From Macrostomum hystrix (Eukaryota; Animalia; Platyhelminthes), in the NCBI GenBank assembly GCA_950097015.1, contig CATNEN010000008.1:2356001-2420000 (forward strand): 64,000 nt of DNA. Direction: 5' to 3'. Made by a program: the position numbers and the translations under genes. Within the stretch, counting starts at the first letter, position 1; the number at the start of each line of letters is the position of its first letter. The notes under the pieces are model-generated. The model was not told the origin of the DNA. It did no database searches and saw only the letters and a list, made by a program, of their open reading frames with translations. Positions 53,601 through 64,000 of this stretch are shown piece after piece.

Positions 53601-56600
53601 CATTTTCCTTTTAAGTATAAACACCATTTATATGGGCAATTCTGCCCATATCGCTGACTCCTGAGCACACCCACCATACATATAAAGAAACCAGAGTGTG
53701 TTTGTGTGCCAGCGTCTGTGATTTTGCTAATTTCTGTTATTCTCTCTTAGTCTGTTTGGCCCAAGCAAAGCCGCATTGTGCGGACAGACCTCACAGACCC
53801 AATCTATCCATCATCAGCGAGGTCGCGACGGCCTCCACCGCGCAGGACTGTGTGTCTTATCTGCAGAATCTGGGAATAATTTCACACCGCAGCAGCTGAA
53901 GGACCGGTGTCCCATATAGGTGCACAGAAACGGTTCTGAAATTTAAGAATGCATATTGGCTGCGGAATGGAATTAAAATGTCGAAGGCAGACAGAAGCGT
54001 CAGCTATCTTTACAAATCTGGTCTTTCGTGTCTGCTCTGTTTTGACAAAATATTAGTATGGTATAGATGATGGTGCTGAAAGAAAAAAGTTTTTTTTTCA
54101 AAACCATCTTTTTTTCCAAGCGAGAAATATTCTGCAATAGAGCAACTTTTTGCATAACATGACCAAGCGAGAAAAACACGAGATGATCTGTCCAAGTCCT
54201 TTCAACCTGTTAAAAGCTATTCCAAGCTATTCCAATCTGTTCCAAGTTACACCAAACTGTTCCAAGTTACACCAATCTGTTCCAAGTTACACCAAAACTG
54301 TTCCAAGTTACACCAATCTGTTCCAAGTTACACCAAAACTGTTCCAAGTTACACCAAAACTGTTCCAAGTTACACCAATCTGTTCCAAGTTACACCAATC
54401 TGTTCCAAGTTACACCAATCTGTTCCAAGTTACACCAAAACTGTTCCAAGTTACACCAAAACTGTTCCAAGTTACACCAATCTGTTCCAAGTTACACCAA
54501 AACTGTTCCAAGTTACACCAAAACTGTTCCAAGTTACACCAATCTGTTCCAAGTTACACCAATCTGTTCCAAGTTACACCAATCTGTTCCAAGTTACACC
54601 AAAACTGTTCCAAGTTACACCAAAACTGTTCCAAGTTACACCAAAACTGTTCCAAGTTACACCAATCTGTTCCAAGTTACACCAAACTGTTCCAAGTTAC
54701 ACCAATCTGTTCCAAATTACACCAAACTGTTCCAAGTTACAACAATCTGTTCCAAGTTACACCAATCTGTTCCAAGTTACACCAATCTGTTCCAAGTTAC
54801 ACCAAAACTGTTCCAAGTTCCACCAATCTGTTCCAAGTTACACCAATCTGTTCCAAGTTACATCAATCTGTTCCAAGTTACACCAATCTGTTCCAAGTTA
54901 TTCCAAATGTTCCAATGCTTCCATCCATAAACAAGCTTTCAGAAGTTGCAGAAGTGACACAACTAAAATTAGCAGTAGCAGAAAGCTATGAGAGAGAGAG
55001 GCCGACAGCGGGTTGAAAGAATTTTTTGAAGAGCAGCCAAGTGCATTGCAAATCCCGCAGCAGTCAAGGGATTTGATCCCCTTCAAGTGGCTCTTGACTC
55101 ACCAGCGCGACACATTAGTCCCCATCACTACCCATGGTGTCTGGCGTGTAGCTTCCCCCTCTTTTGTGGCCATCAAGCAGCAGTTTTCCCAAAAAATCCT
55201 CTTTAATCCCATCTCTCGCCTGAGTCTGCCTGTCTCTATGCGCTAGCTGGAAAACCACTTCATTAGGCCTACTGTCAGTGCTTTTCAATATCCCAAATTG
55301 AAGTGACAAAAAGCGAGTTGGCCTTCTATGAGGCGATGAGGCAAGACACGACCGAACAACAGGGAAATGTTCCCTTTTCTTTCTGGCCAAATTTGAGTCC
55401 CATTGGATTGCCTGCATACTTGGGTGATGTTTCATTTAGCGAGTCTATCAATTTTAGTCATCAATAAAAATTATGCATTCCACTTCTAATTAGCAGGCGG
55501 CACTAACAAACATCGAAATCCGAGCTGTCTATTGGCCAAGGAAATGTCCTTGCCGCAGCCTCCGACTGATGCGTCCGACGCTGCCACAGCCGCTGCGGCT
55601 GCGGCTGCTACTGCTGCTGTTGCAGCCACCGTAGAGCAGACATTGCTGATGAAGGTGAGAGTCAGGCATTTTTGGGTCGGTATAATGTTTTAGAGGGTAT
55701 GAGTGACAGTGTGACAGTGTTGGAGAGGGTTTCAGAGTTCCGAAATGAAGTCAAGCAGTTACATAAAAGTTGCATAAGAGTTATATGCAACAAAATTAAA
55801 GTTTTCAAAGGCCTCATTCAGTCAGGCAGGTCACATGACAACAAACCGGCTGCTTACCCACAAAACAGGCGGAAAGCTGTTGCGCTTAATGGACAGGATT
55901 CGGGCTCCCTCTGGGAGACCAGAAACGATTAGCCCGGTTAAAAATGGGATACACGAATAGAATTAAGCAACTGCGCCATTTTATAAAGAGACAGAAAAGA
56001 ATTGCGTTGCCATGAGGCTTTTGGTGAATCAATATACTGAAAGCCTTGAGGCTGCGCCCAGAAGTGGGACAGAGGACGAATAAAGCGTCTAGCCGCTCAG
56101 TGGGATGAAAGATCCCGAGGAACAAAGTGCGCCTCGTCCCACTTCAGGGAGTCTCTCCGGGGGGGATTTTGTGACCCTGGGGAAAATTGGGGCGATTATT
56201 TTATGGCCGGAAACTGGGCGGGAGGTGGCGGTGGTATTCTAATGTCGCGTTTTTTTCAACAACGGTCGGATTAGGGATCTCTAAAAGCTTGAAGAAGAAG
56301 ACTCGAGCAGTTTAAAGAGGCTGCAGTATTCAGCAAGGCAAGCGTCGAACTTCGGCGGGAACGACACTCACATGAACAGTGGCTGTTCCGGTGGGGAAAT
56401 CCGAACAGCAAGCGCATTTCAGGCCAGCTTTGGTATCTAATGTAAATAAACTTGGTCCAGTCTGTCTTTCATGCCGCCAGTCTCTGACCCTTCTATAATA
56501 GCTTTTCTGTATGCGCCTGATGTATTTTTGTGTGCGATGGTAGGGCACAACAGATCAGCGACCTGCCAAGACCTCGCTGGGGGGGTGCAGCTTTGAATTT

Positions 56601-59221
56601 GTTTAATTTCTGCAGATATCGATAAACTTATCTCGGACAACAGGAGAGGAGACCTGGATTTCGGGGGAAATGCCTTTAAATTGCTTTTCTATTAAAACTT
56701 GGTCTGAAAAAAAGCTTTTGGGAAACCTGAAGATAAATACTGATTTAGAATTGGTTATTGCCCCTATGAAGGACAGGCTGTCTCGCTGAAGGACAGAGTC
56801 TCACTGAAGGACAGGGTGTCTCACTGAAGGACAGGGTATCTCACTGTCTCACTGAAGGACAGGGTGTCTCACTGAAGGACAGGGTATCTCACTGTCTCAC
56901 TGAAGGACAGGGTGTCTCACTGAAGGACAGGGTGTCTCACTGAAGGACAGGGTGTCTCACTGAAGGACAGGGTGTCTCACTGAAGGACAGGGTGTCTCAC
57001 TGAAGGACAGGGTGTCTCACTGAAGGACAGGGTATCTCACTGAAGGACAGGGTGTCTCACTGAAGGACAGGGTGTCTCACTGAAGGACAGGGTGTCTCAC
57101 TGAAGGACAGGGTGTCTCACTGAAGGACAGGGTGTCTCACTGAAGGACAGGGTGTCTCACTGAAGGACAGGGTGTCTCACTGAAGGACAGGGTGTCTCAC
57201 TGAAGGACAGGGTGTCTCACTGAAGGACAGGGTGTCTCACTGAAGGACAGGGTGTCTCACTGAAGGACAGGGTGTCTCACTGAAGGACAGGGTGTCTCGC
57301 TGAAGGACAGGGTGTCTCACTGAAGGACAGGGTGTCTCACTGAAGGACAGGGTGTCTCACTGTCTTACTGAAGGACAGGGTGTCTCACTGTCTTACTGAA
57401 GGACAGGGTGTCTCACTGTCTCACTGAAGGACAGGGTGTCTCACTGAAGGACAGGGTGTCTCACTGTCTTACTGAAGGACAGGGTGTCTCACTGTCTCAC
57501 TGAAGGACAGGGTGTCTCACTGAAGGACAGGGTGTCTCACTGTCTTACTGAAGGACAGGGTGTCTCACTGTCTTACTGAAGGACAGGGTGTCTCACTGTC
57601 TTACTGAAGGACAGGGTGTCTCACTGTCTCACTGAAGGACAGGGTGTCTCACTGAAGGACAGGGTGTCTCACTGAAGGACAGGGTGTCTCACTGAAGGAC
57701 AGGGTGTCTCACTGAAGGACAGGGTGTCTCACTGAAGGACAGGGTGTCTCACTGAAGGACAGGGTATCTCACTGAAGGACAGGGTGTCTCACTGAAGGAC
57801 AGGGTGTCTCACTGAAGGACAGGGTGTCTCACTGAAGGACAGGGTGTCTCACTGAAGGACAGGGTGTCTCACTGAAGGACAGGGTGTCTCACTGAAGGAC
57901 AGGGTGTCTCACTGAAGGACAGGGTGTCTCACTGAAGGACAGGGTGTCTCACTGAAGGACAGGGTGTCTCACTGAAGGACAGGGTGTCTCACTGAAGGAC
58001 AGGGTGTCTCACTGAAGGACAGGGTGTCTCACTGAAGGACAGGGTGTCTCACTGTCTTACTGAAGGACAGGGTGTCTCACTGTCTTACTGAAGGACAGGG
58101 TGTCTCACTGTCTCACTGAAGGACAGGGTGTCTCACTGAAGGACAGGGTGTCTCACTGTCTTACTGAAGGACAGGGTGTCTCACTGTCTCACTGAAGGAC
58201 AGGGTGTCTCACTGAAGGACAGGGTGTCTCACTGTCTTACTGAAGGACAGGGTGTCTCACTGTCTTACTGAAGGACAGGGTGTCTCACTGTCTTACTGAA
58301 GGACAGGGTGTCTCACTGTCTCACTGAAGGACAGGGTGTCTCACTGAAGGACAGGGTGTCTCACTGAAGGACAGGGTGTCTCACTGAAGGACAGGGTGTC
58401 TCACTGAAGGACAGGGTGTCTCACTGAAGGACAGGGTGTCTCACTGAAGGACAGGGTATCTCACTGAAGGACAGGGTGTCTCACTGAAGGACAGGGTGTC
58501 TCACTGAAGGACAGGGTGTCTCACTGAAGGACAGGGTGTCTCACTGAAGGACAGGGTGTCTCACTGAAGGACAGGGTGTCTCACTGAAGGACAGGGTGTC
58601 TCACTGAAGGACAGGGTGTCTCACTGAAGGACAGGGTGTCTCACTGAAGGACAGGGTGTCTCACTGAAGGACAGGGTGTCTCACTGAAGGACAGGGTGTC
58701 TCACTGAAGGACAGGGTGTCTCACTGAAGGACAGGGTGTCTCACTGAAGGACAGGGTGTCTCACTGTCTCACTCCGAACTCACTCATTCCGCCAGTCGTC
58801 GACAACAAGACGAGAGCGATGCGCTCCGGCCAGAAGCGGCAGAGGCAACGGCAACAGTCCGTCACCGCCGCCCTACTATTATCCCCTGGACCCCAGGTAC
58901 AGGCGCGGGCCAGCAGCCGTCAGGGGCGGCGGCGTCGGCAATCAGATGCCTCTGCATGACCTCGGACAGCACGCTTATCAGACCCTGCGGCATCATCCGC
59001 AGCAGCCGCATCAGCAGGTGTCAACTTCTTCGTCATATTCTCGTCTGCCAACCTCCGACTTTGACTGTGTCGGAGGCGGAGGCGGTGGCGAAGGGTCGTC
59101 CTTCCGCACTCTGCGAGCTGGCACCATTGTCAGAGGCGCCGGAGAAAAATGTGTTCCGGGCGGTGGCTCCGGCGACCACAGGCCGCTGAAGACCCCCTAC
59201 ACCACCGTCAGCTTCGTGTGA
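47626..59221 (+). CDS. Non-clustered (delta1-type) protocadherin: 7 cadherin repeats, TM, cytoplasmic tail; about 1157 aa in this model
   Basis: Exons 47626-47630 (ATGAA|GTAAGT, inferred), 48779-50040, 50409-50641, 50784-51173, 51393-52392, 55497-55654 and 58796-59221 have consistent phases. Signal peptide, EGAPAGTLVANL, repeated LDRE / DENDNxP / ADxD motifs, TM LAAVLCLIAATLILTGILAFAVCLL, C-terminus TTVSFV. Extracellular exons are firm; first and cytoplasmic exons are less certain. Confidence 0.88.
50052..50170. repeat. 22-bp intronic repeat next to a splice donor
   Basis: GGCGGATAAGATGACAGGGAGG, about 5 copies. Confidence 0.85.
52410..53150. repeat. 15-bp minisatellite in protocadherin intron
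   Basis: CCCAGTTTCTTAAAT units starting just after the donor at 52393. Confidence 0.95.
54225..54910. repeat. 20/21-bp minisatellite in protocadherin intron
   Basis: TGTTCCAAGTTACACCAA(TC/AAC) units. Confidence 0.95.
56765..58770. repeat. 20-bp satellite (about 2 kb) in the last protocadherin intron
   Basis: CACTGAAGGACAGGGTGTCT units with a 692-bp higher-order duplication. Confidence 0.97.
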
Positions 59222-61312
59222 CGGACTCACTGGCTTGCACTAATCACAACTGTATCATAGCAATGCTTTTAAAGTACATCGATTGCTTAACGTGCTCTCA
59301 AATGATAACTGTAGGCATTCTAATGACAAAGTAGAGGTCATTCCTTGGGCTACATGCTCGTATATGGGCTGGGCCGATTGAACTATAGGCTATTCGAAGG
59401 AACTATAGCCTACTAATTTAACTGTTAAAATTCTGATGAATCAATTAATGTTTTATTACTGTCACATGTTCACTCTAATAAAATGGACTTATACTCGTAC
59501 GAGTAGTTAACTGGATTGCAGCTGTAATTCTGATGGTAACTGTACAGTACAATTCAATCGCGTTGTTTATAATGTGTAAATTATGTAAATTATGTATTTC
59601 TGTGTTTTCTTGCTGAGCGAATTTCTTGTAAATAATGAAGTTCTTCAGAAATGTAACGATTAAATGAACTAATAAATAAGCTGTAAAGAAAAAAAACAAT
59701 CCTTTTCATACTGCTGCGTTATTCGTCACTTTGAATGACGTTAATGATGGCATCCGAATTTTTAGCGAGGGTCACGAGTTCGATTCCGCCGCGAGATAAT
59801 TGTAGCTTTAGCCAATGGACTTCAAGCCTCTGTGCCACTGGCTTTTACAAGAGAACGAGTAACATAGTGGTTTCGGTGGGATAATACATCCAGTCGCATC
59901 ATAGAATGTATTCACTGGCACTAAACTACAAGCATAAACCATAGCTGAATCTAAACAGCCGGACATACCTCAGATTAATACACACAAACACACAGGTCGT
60001 GCCCCTCGCCTAATTGACATTGACATAATAAGGATCTAAATCTATTCTCCCAGCAAATCAATCGGATAACTTGCTCTTGCGCAATCAGATCCAGATGCGC
60101 ATGGTTTCCGCTGATAATGCAACCAGCGGGGAGCCACTTGACTTGCCTATTCGGTGCATCCCACACCGCATCATTGGCGAAACCATTCCATGTTCTTCTT
60201 GTGTATTCTAATCCACCCGAATTGTGGAGGAATCCAATTTAATTTTTGTAATGTATTATACAATCCGATAAACTTTGATTGAACGATCCGTTTCTAAATT
60301 TGAACTGATGTAGGGGCCTAAAACATTTTTTTGTGATCATAATATTGTCTACTATAAGTAATACTTAACAACTTTACCTCCTCTCAGGCAGAAAAACGTT
60401 AAGAACAAAAAATTTAGAAACAATTTTGTTGCAACAGAAAATCAATAGCCAAACAAAATCAGGATAATATGACTCATATATTTTGAGTCTGTGTAATCAA
60501 AGCGTTTTTAATCACAAAACTGATTCACTAAAATTTTATCGAATACTATTGAATACGAATACTAGTTTCAGATTAAAATTGCGATAAGCAAGGTTTTTAA
60601 TAAACACGAGCATGAATAGAATGGTCCTGCTTATTGCGAATTCGCACGATTGAGCTCAAAATCTAATCAACAAGCCTCGTGACTGGCCTGTGCTTTTCCT
60701 GAAGTCTACAGAGAAGCGTTCATTCGTTCAACCTTAGACATCGATAGCCAATCAGCGAACACTTGGGTTAGACAGTAGCGTTCGCCTCTTGACCCGGCAG
60801 CCAATTAGCTATCTTCATAGCTAACCGGCGCGTACACTGTGGTTAGAGGATAACGTACTCTAAGCGAGCGAGCCTAATGACTTAATGACTATCGGCTAAA
60901 TGTACGTATTGGAGGTGTTCAAAGCGATCCCAGACATCAATAGCCAATCAGCGAGCTTAGTTATGGCTAGACTGAGTGTGTACATCGGATAGAAGGTAGA
61001 TAATGTACATCTCCATCAACATAGATATAAAGGCACTTTTTATCTGAGACAAAAATCTAAATCTTTAATTAATTAGTCATCAAAGCGAACTAGATTAGCT
61101 TCAGTAAAATAACAGTAAGTAGCAATTAGCAGAATTATTGAAATAGAACAAAAATGAACGTACGGCCGGTAAAGCATCGCATACTTTATCTAAATAAAAT
61201 AAAATATAATATAGAAGACACTAACTATAAAAACTGATATAGTATTAAACTCAATCCCTTCTAGTTCAGCGTGGTGACTTGCGCCCACAATGTCACTCAA
61301 TAATGGCCCGGT

Positions 61313-62916
61313 TTATTCCTTCGGCTGGGTGATGCGGCCTGCAAACAGCACACTGTTGGTGGCCTCGTCTTTGATCAGCACCAGGAATGGCTCAGTGACA
61401 AAGAAGGGCATCATCATTGGCATGCCGAAGCAGGCGATGGCAACAGCCGTGGCGGCGGCCGCCTCGGCGCCCTCCTCATTCACCTCCAGACAGGCCTTGT
61501 GCACCACCTTGGACACGTAGAGGTCCTCGGCGGTGCTGATGCCGCTAAGGTCGGCGTAGCCTCGCTCGAATAGCCGCTTAATTCCCAAAGCTGGCAGGTA
61601 CTGGGGGTCACTCAGCGAAAACTGCGTCTCCACCTGGGAAGTACAAATCGGGTCAATGATAGGATAGGAGAGGATAGGTCAGGTGGGAATGGGTCAGAAG
61701 AGGATAGGTCAGGTGGGAATGGGTCAGAAGAGGATAGGTCAGGTGGGAATGGGTCAGGGGAGGATAGGTCAGGTGGGAATGGGTCAGGGGAGGATAGGTC
61801 AGGTGGGAATGGGTCAGGGGAGGATAGGTCAGGTGGGATTGGGTCAGAAGAGGATAGGTCAGGTGGGAATGGGTCAGGATAGGATAGGTCAGATGAGAGT
61901 GGGTCAGGAGAGTATAGGTCAAGTGAGAATGAGTCAAACATAGGCTGGGTATTCGATAATAACATGTTGTACCTGACCTAATTAAACATGCCAGGTCAGG
62001 CAGAAAAGGTAGTTTGGACCCACCTTAAACCGTGGCAGGTGCAGGTCAACCTCCTGCTCAATGGCGGAGCCAGCCAGTGTCAGAATGTCCTCCAGGCTGA
62101 CAGCCTTGAGCGCAGCGCAGAGGCCGTGGCGCTCCTGCGGCAGCACGATGATCATGCTGCAGCTGCCGCCAGAGAACGGCAGCTGGACCAGCCGCAGGCC
62201 GCGACCCTCAGCGAATGGAAACTGTTGAGTCTGCTGCATCATGCGCACAGGTGAGCGGTTGCCCTCCGCCGACTCGAACTGGCCATCGTAGGTGCTCTCC
62301 GGGTTGAAGGTGTGCTTCCAGTCACCCTTGAAGTAGATGGCATTTACCAGCACTAGGCGGGTGTTGGAGTCCAGGCTGCCCCTGTCAAATGAAGGGTTCA
62401 ATTAGCGTGAGCTTATTTTAGGTTGAGCACTTTGGCGTGCGAGCACAGTAACAGGTAGAGCTCTTACTCAACCAGCAGGTCCCGGATCTTGCTCTGGGTC
62501 TGCTGCTCAACCCACTGGTTGATGGCCTGCCTGGCGGTCTCGCACTGCTGCTTGAAGTTCACACTGCCCAGCTCCGCTCCGTAGCCCTTGGCGAGGGTGC
62601 CGCTGAACTCCGGCTCGATGGCGAAGGTTTGCTCGGCGAACAGCCGGTTGGCCACTGATAACTTGACGCCCTGGCGCCCGCTGTTCAGCGCCGAGATCAG
62701 CCGGCCCATCTCGGAGTGGGGAGCCTTCAGCTGGCTCAAATTCAGACCGCGGGACAGCTCCACCTCCGTCTCGCCCTTGGCGCCGGCGAGGGTCATGGCG
62801 AGGGCCACCTGTACAGAGGCTGGCGACAGGAAGACATTCTCCGAGGCGTGCTGGTCGATCACCTGGCTCAACAGGGACCACGCGAAGCGGGCCGCGCTCT
62901 CAACTAGGCTAGACAT
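61313..62916 (-). CDS. Intracellular serpin (clade B / leukocyte elastase inhibitor-like), about 375 aa, 3 exons
   Basis: Exons 62916-62468, 62381-62024 and 61633-61313 total 1128 nt. Motifs: NVFLSPASV, INQWVEQQTQSKI, TRLVLVNAIYFKGDW, LPRFK, hinge EEGAEAAAAT, EPFLVLI..LFAGR. No signal peptide. Confidence 0.95.
61660..61940. repeat. 30-bp minisatellite in serpin intron
   Basis: GAGGATAGGTCAGGTGGGAATGGGTCAG(AA/GG) units. Confidence 0.92.
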
Positions 62917-64000
62917 CTTCACTGCACTGCTGGGCTGCAAGTCAGAAATTATGATTCTCAATGGGACAGGCAGCAAGAGAAAACAACTGTTTCTGCAACT
63001 ACTTAAACTTAAACAACGACTGGTCCAGATTAGATATTGGGCCGACAAAAAACTGTCCAAGTCAAAGCGAACAGCCGCCCACCTCAGCGTTTTAGGTCTT
63101 GTGAAACAAGACAAGTGAGGGAGAGGAAGGGGGAGAGATAAAGATAAGCCAAACCCAGTCCGGGGGGTTTATGATGTTCAATGTACATTTGGAGCGAAAA
63201 TGAATGTACATAGACTGGGGACCTAACCTCACTTGTGCAAACACTGCTTTGGCCGGACCGGAGAGGCTCGCGGCGCCGATTAGTTACCCTTGGCCCTCTC
63301 CCCCAGAGTCTCCTCCATGACTTTGCACACATTGCTGGCTTGCAAAGACTTGCTCTCTTTGAATGTTTTCTTTTCGAACAATGCTCAGAGTCTCAGAAAA
63401 TTCTGATTAATTGTGGCTTAGATTTTTCATTAAAAAAAGACACGACTAAATAAGCCAGCTAAAGATTGTCATCTTTAGCTTTAAAAAAAAATTAACCCAG
63501 AAAAGCGCAAAACAGGGACAGCAGCAGTCAAGTAAATGTTTAATATGCGTAATGACTAGGCATCGGCATCGCAATCTCGGGTTCCCAGGATTTTATGATA
63601 TTCCCGGAATTTTAAAGCTAGTTTCCCGGCATGCTGTTCTACCTATTTTGGGATTAATTATTATATCCCATTATAATAATTATATTATATTATTTTTATT
63701 ATTCTGGGATTTGTTCTATGATGGGATTTTTCCTATAATACCGGGAATAGTCCCGACTTTCTCTATGAAAGTTTGATATAAGGCGCATTTGTTGTACAAA
63801 CGTTCACAATGCAACGATGATCGTTATTTTCATAATGAATAAATGCTTCCGTAAATTTGGCACATATACAAATGCTTAATTCGTAAATGCTAAAAACACA
63901 AAAGTTAATAAAATTTTTAAGAACTTTTTAAGTCTATCGTAAATACACACACAGTTAATTAATTTTAGTTTTATCAGAGCTTATATTTACTTGAAAATTA

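Noticed and set aside
54150-55016. 288-aa ORF
   Set aside because: Translation of the 20/21-bp array in a protocadherin intron.
59740-59795. tRNA-like fragment (GAGTTCGATTCC)
   Set aside because: Only a B-box-like motif; no cloverleaf or SINE body could be supported.

Overview
Intron-rich, repeat-rich animal DNA. GC-rich exons, minisatellite-filled introns and gene content suggest a free-living flatworm of the Macrostomum type; this assignment is inference only. Splicing was reconstructed by hand, and the exon phases are consistent for seven genes: a MyD88-like death+TIR adaptor (+), an Argos/SLPTX11-like secreted Cys-rich protein (-), a BTB + NPH3-domain protein resembling the plant NPH3/RPT2-like (NRL) family (+), ARMC3 (-, 19 exons), cytosolic aspartate aminotransferase GOT1 (+), a 7-EC delta-type protocadherin (+) and an intracellular serpin (-). 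The window also holds the last exon of a membrane-protein gene and an orphan 450-aa ORF. Mobile DNA includes an intact DD34D mariner carrying a nested MITE, hAT-, MULE/foldback- and Harbinger-type MITEs with TSDs, two tRNA-derived Nin/Deu-core SINEs, a decayed LINE 3' end and about 20 tandem arrays. The standout is a full-length, spliced NRL-like gene from a family regarded as plant-specific, sitting among clearly animal genes.
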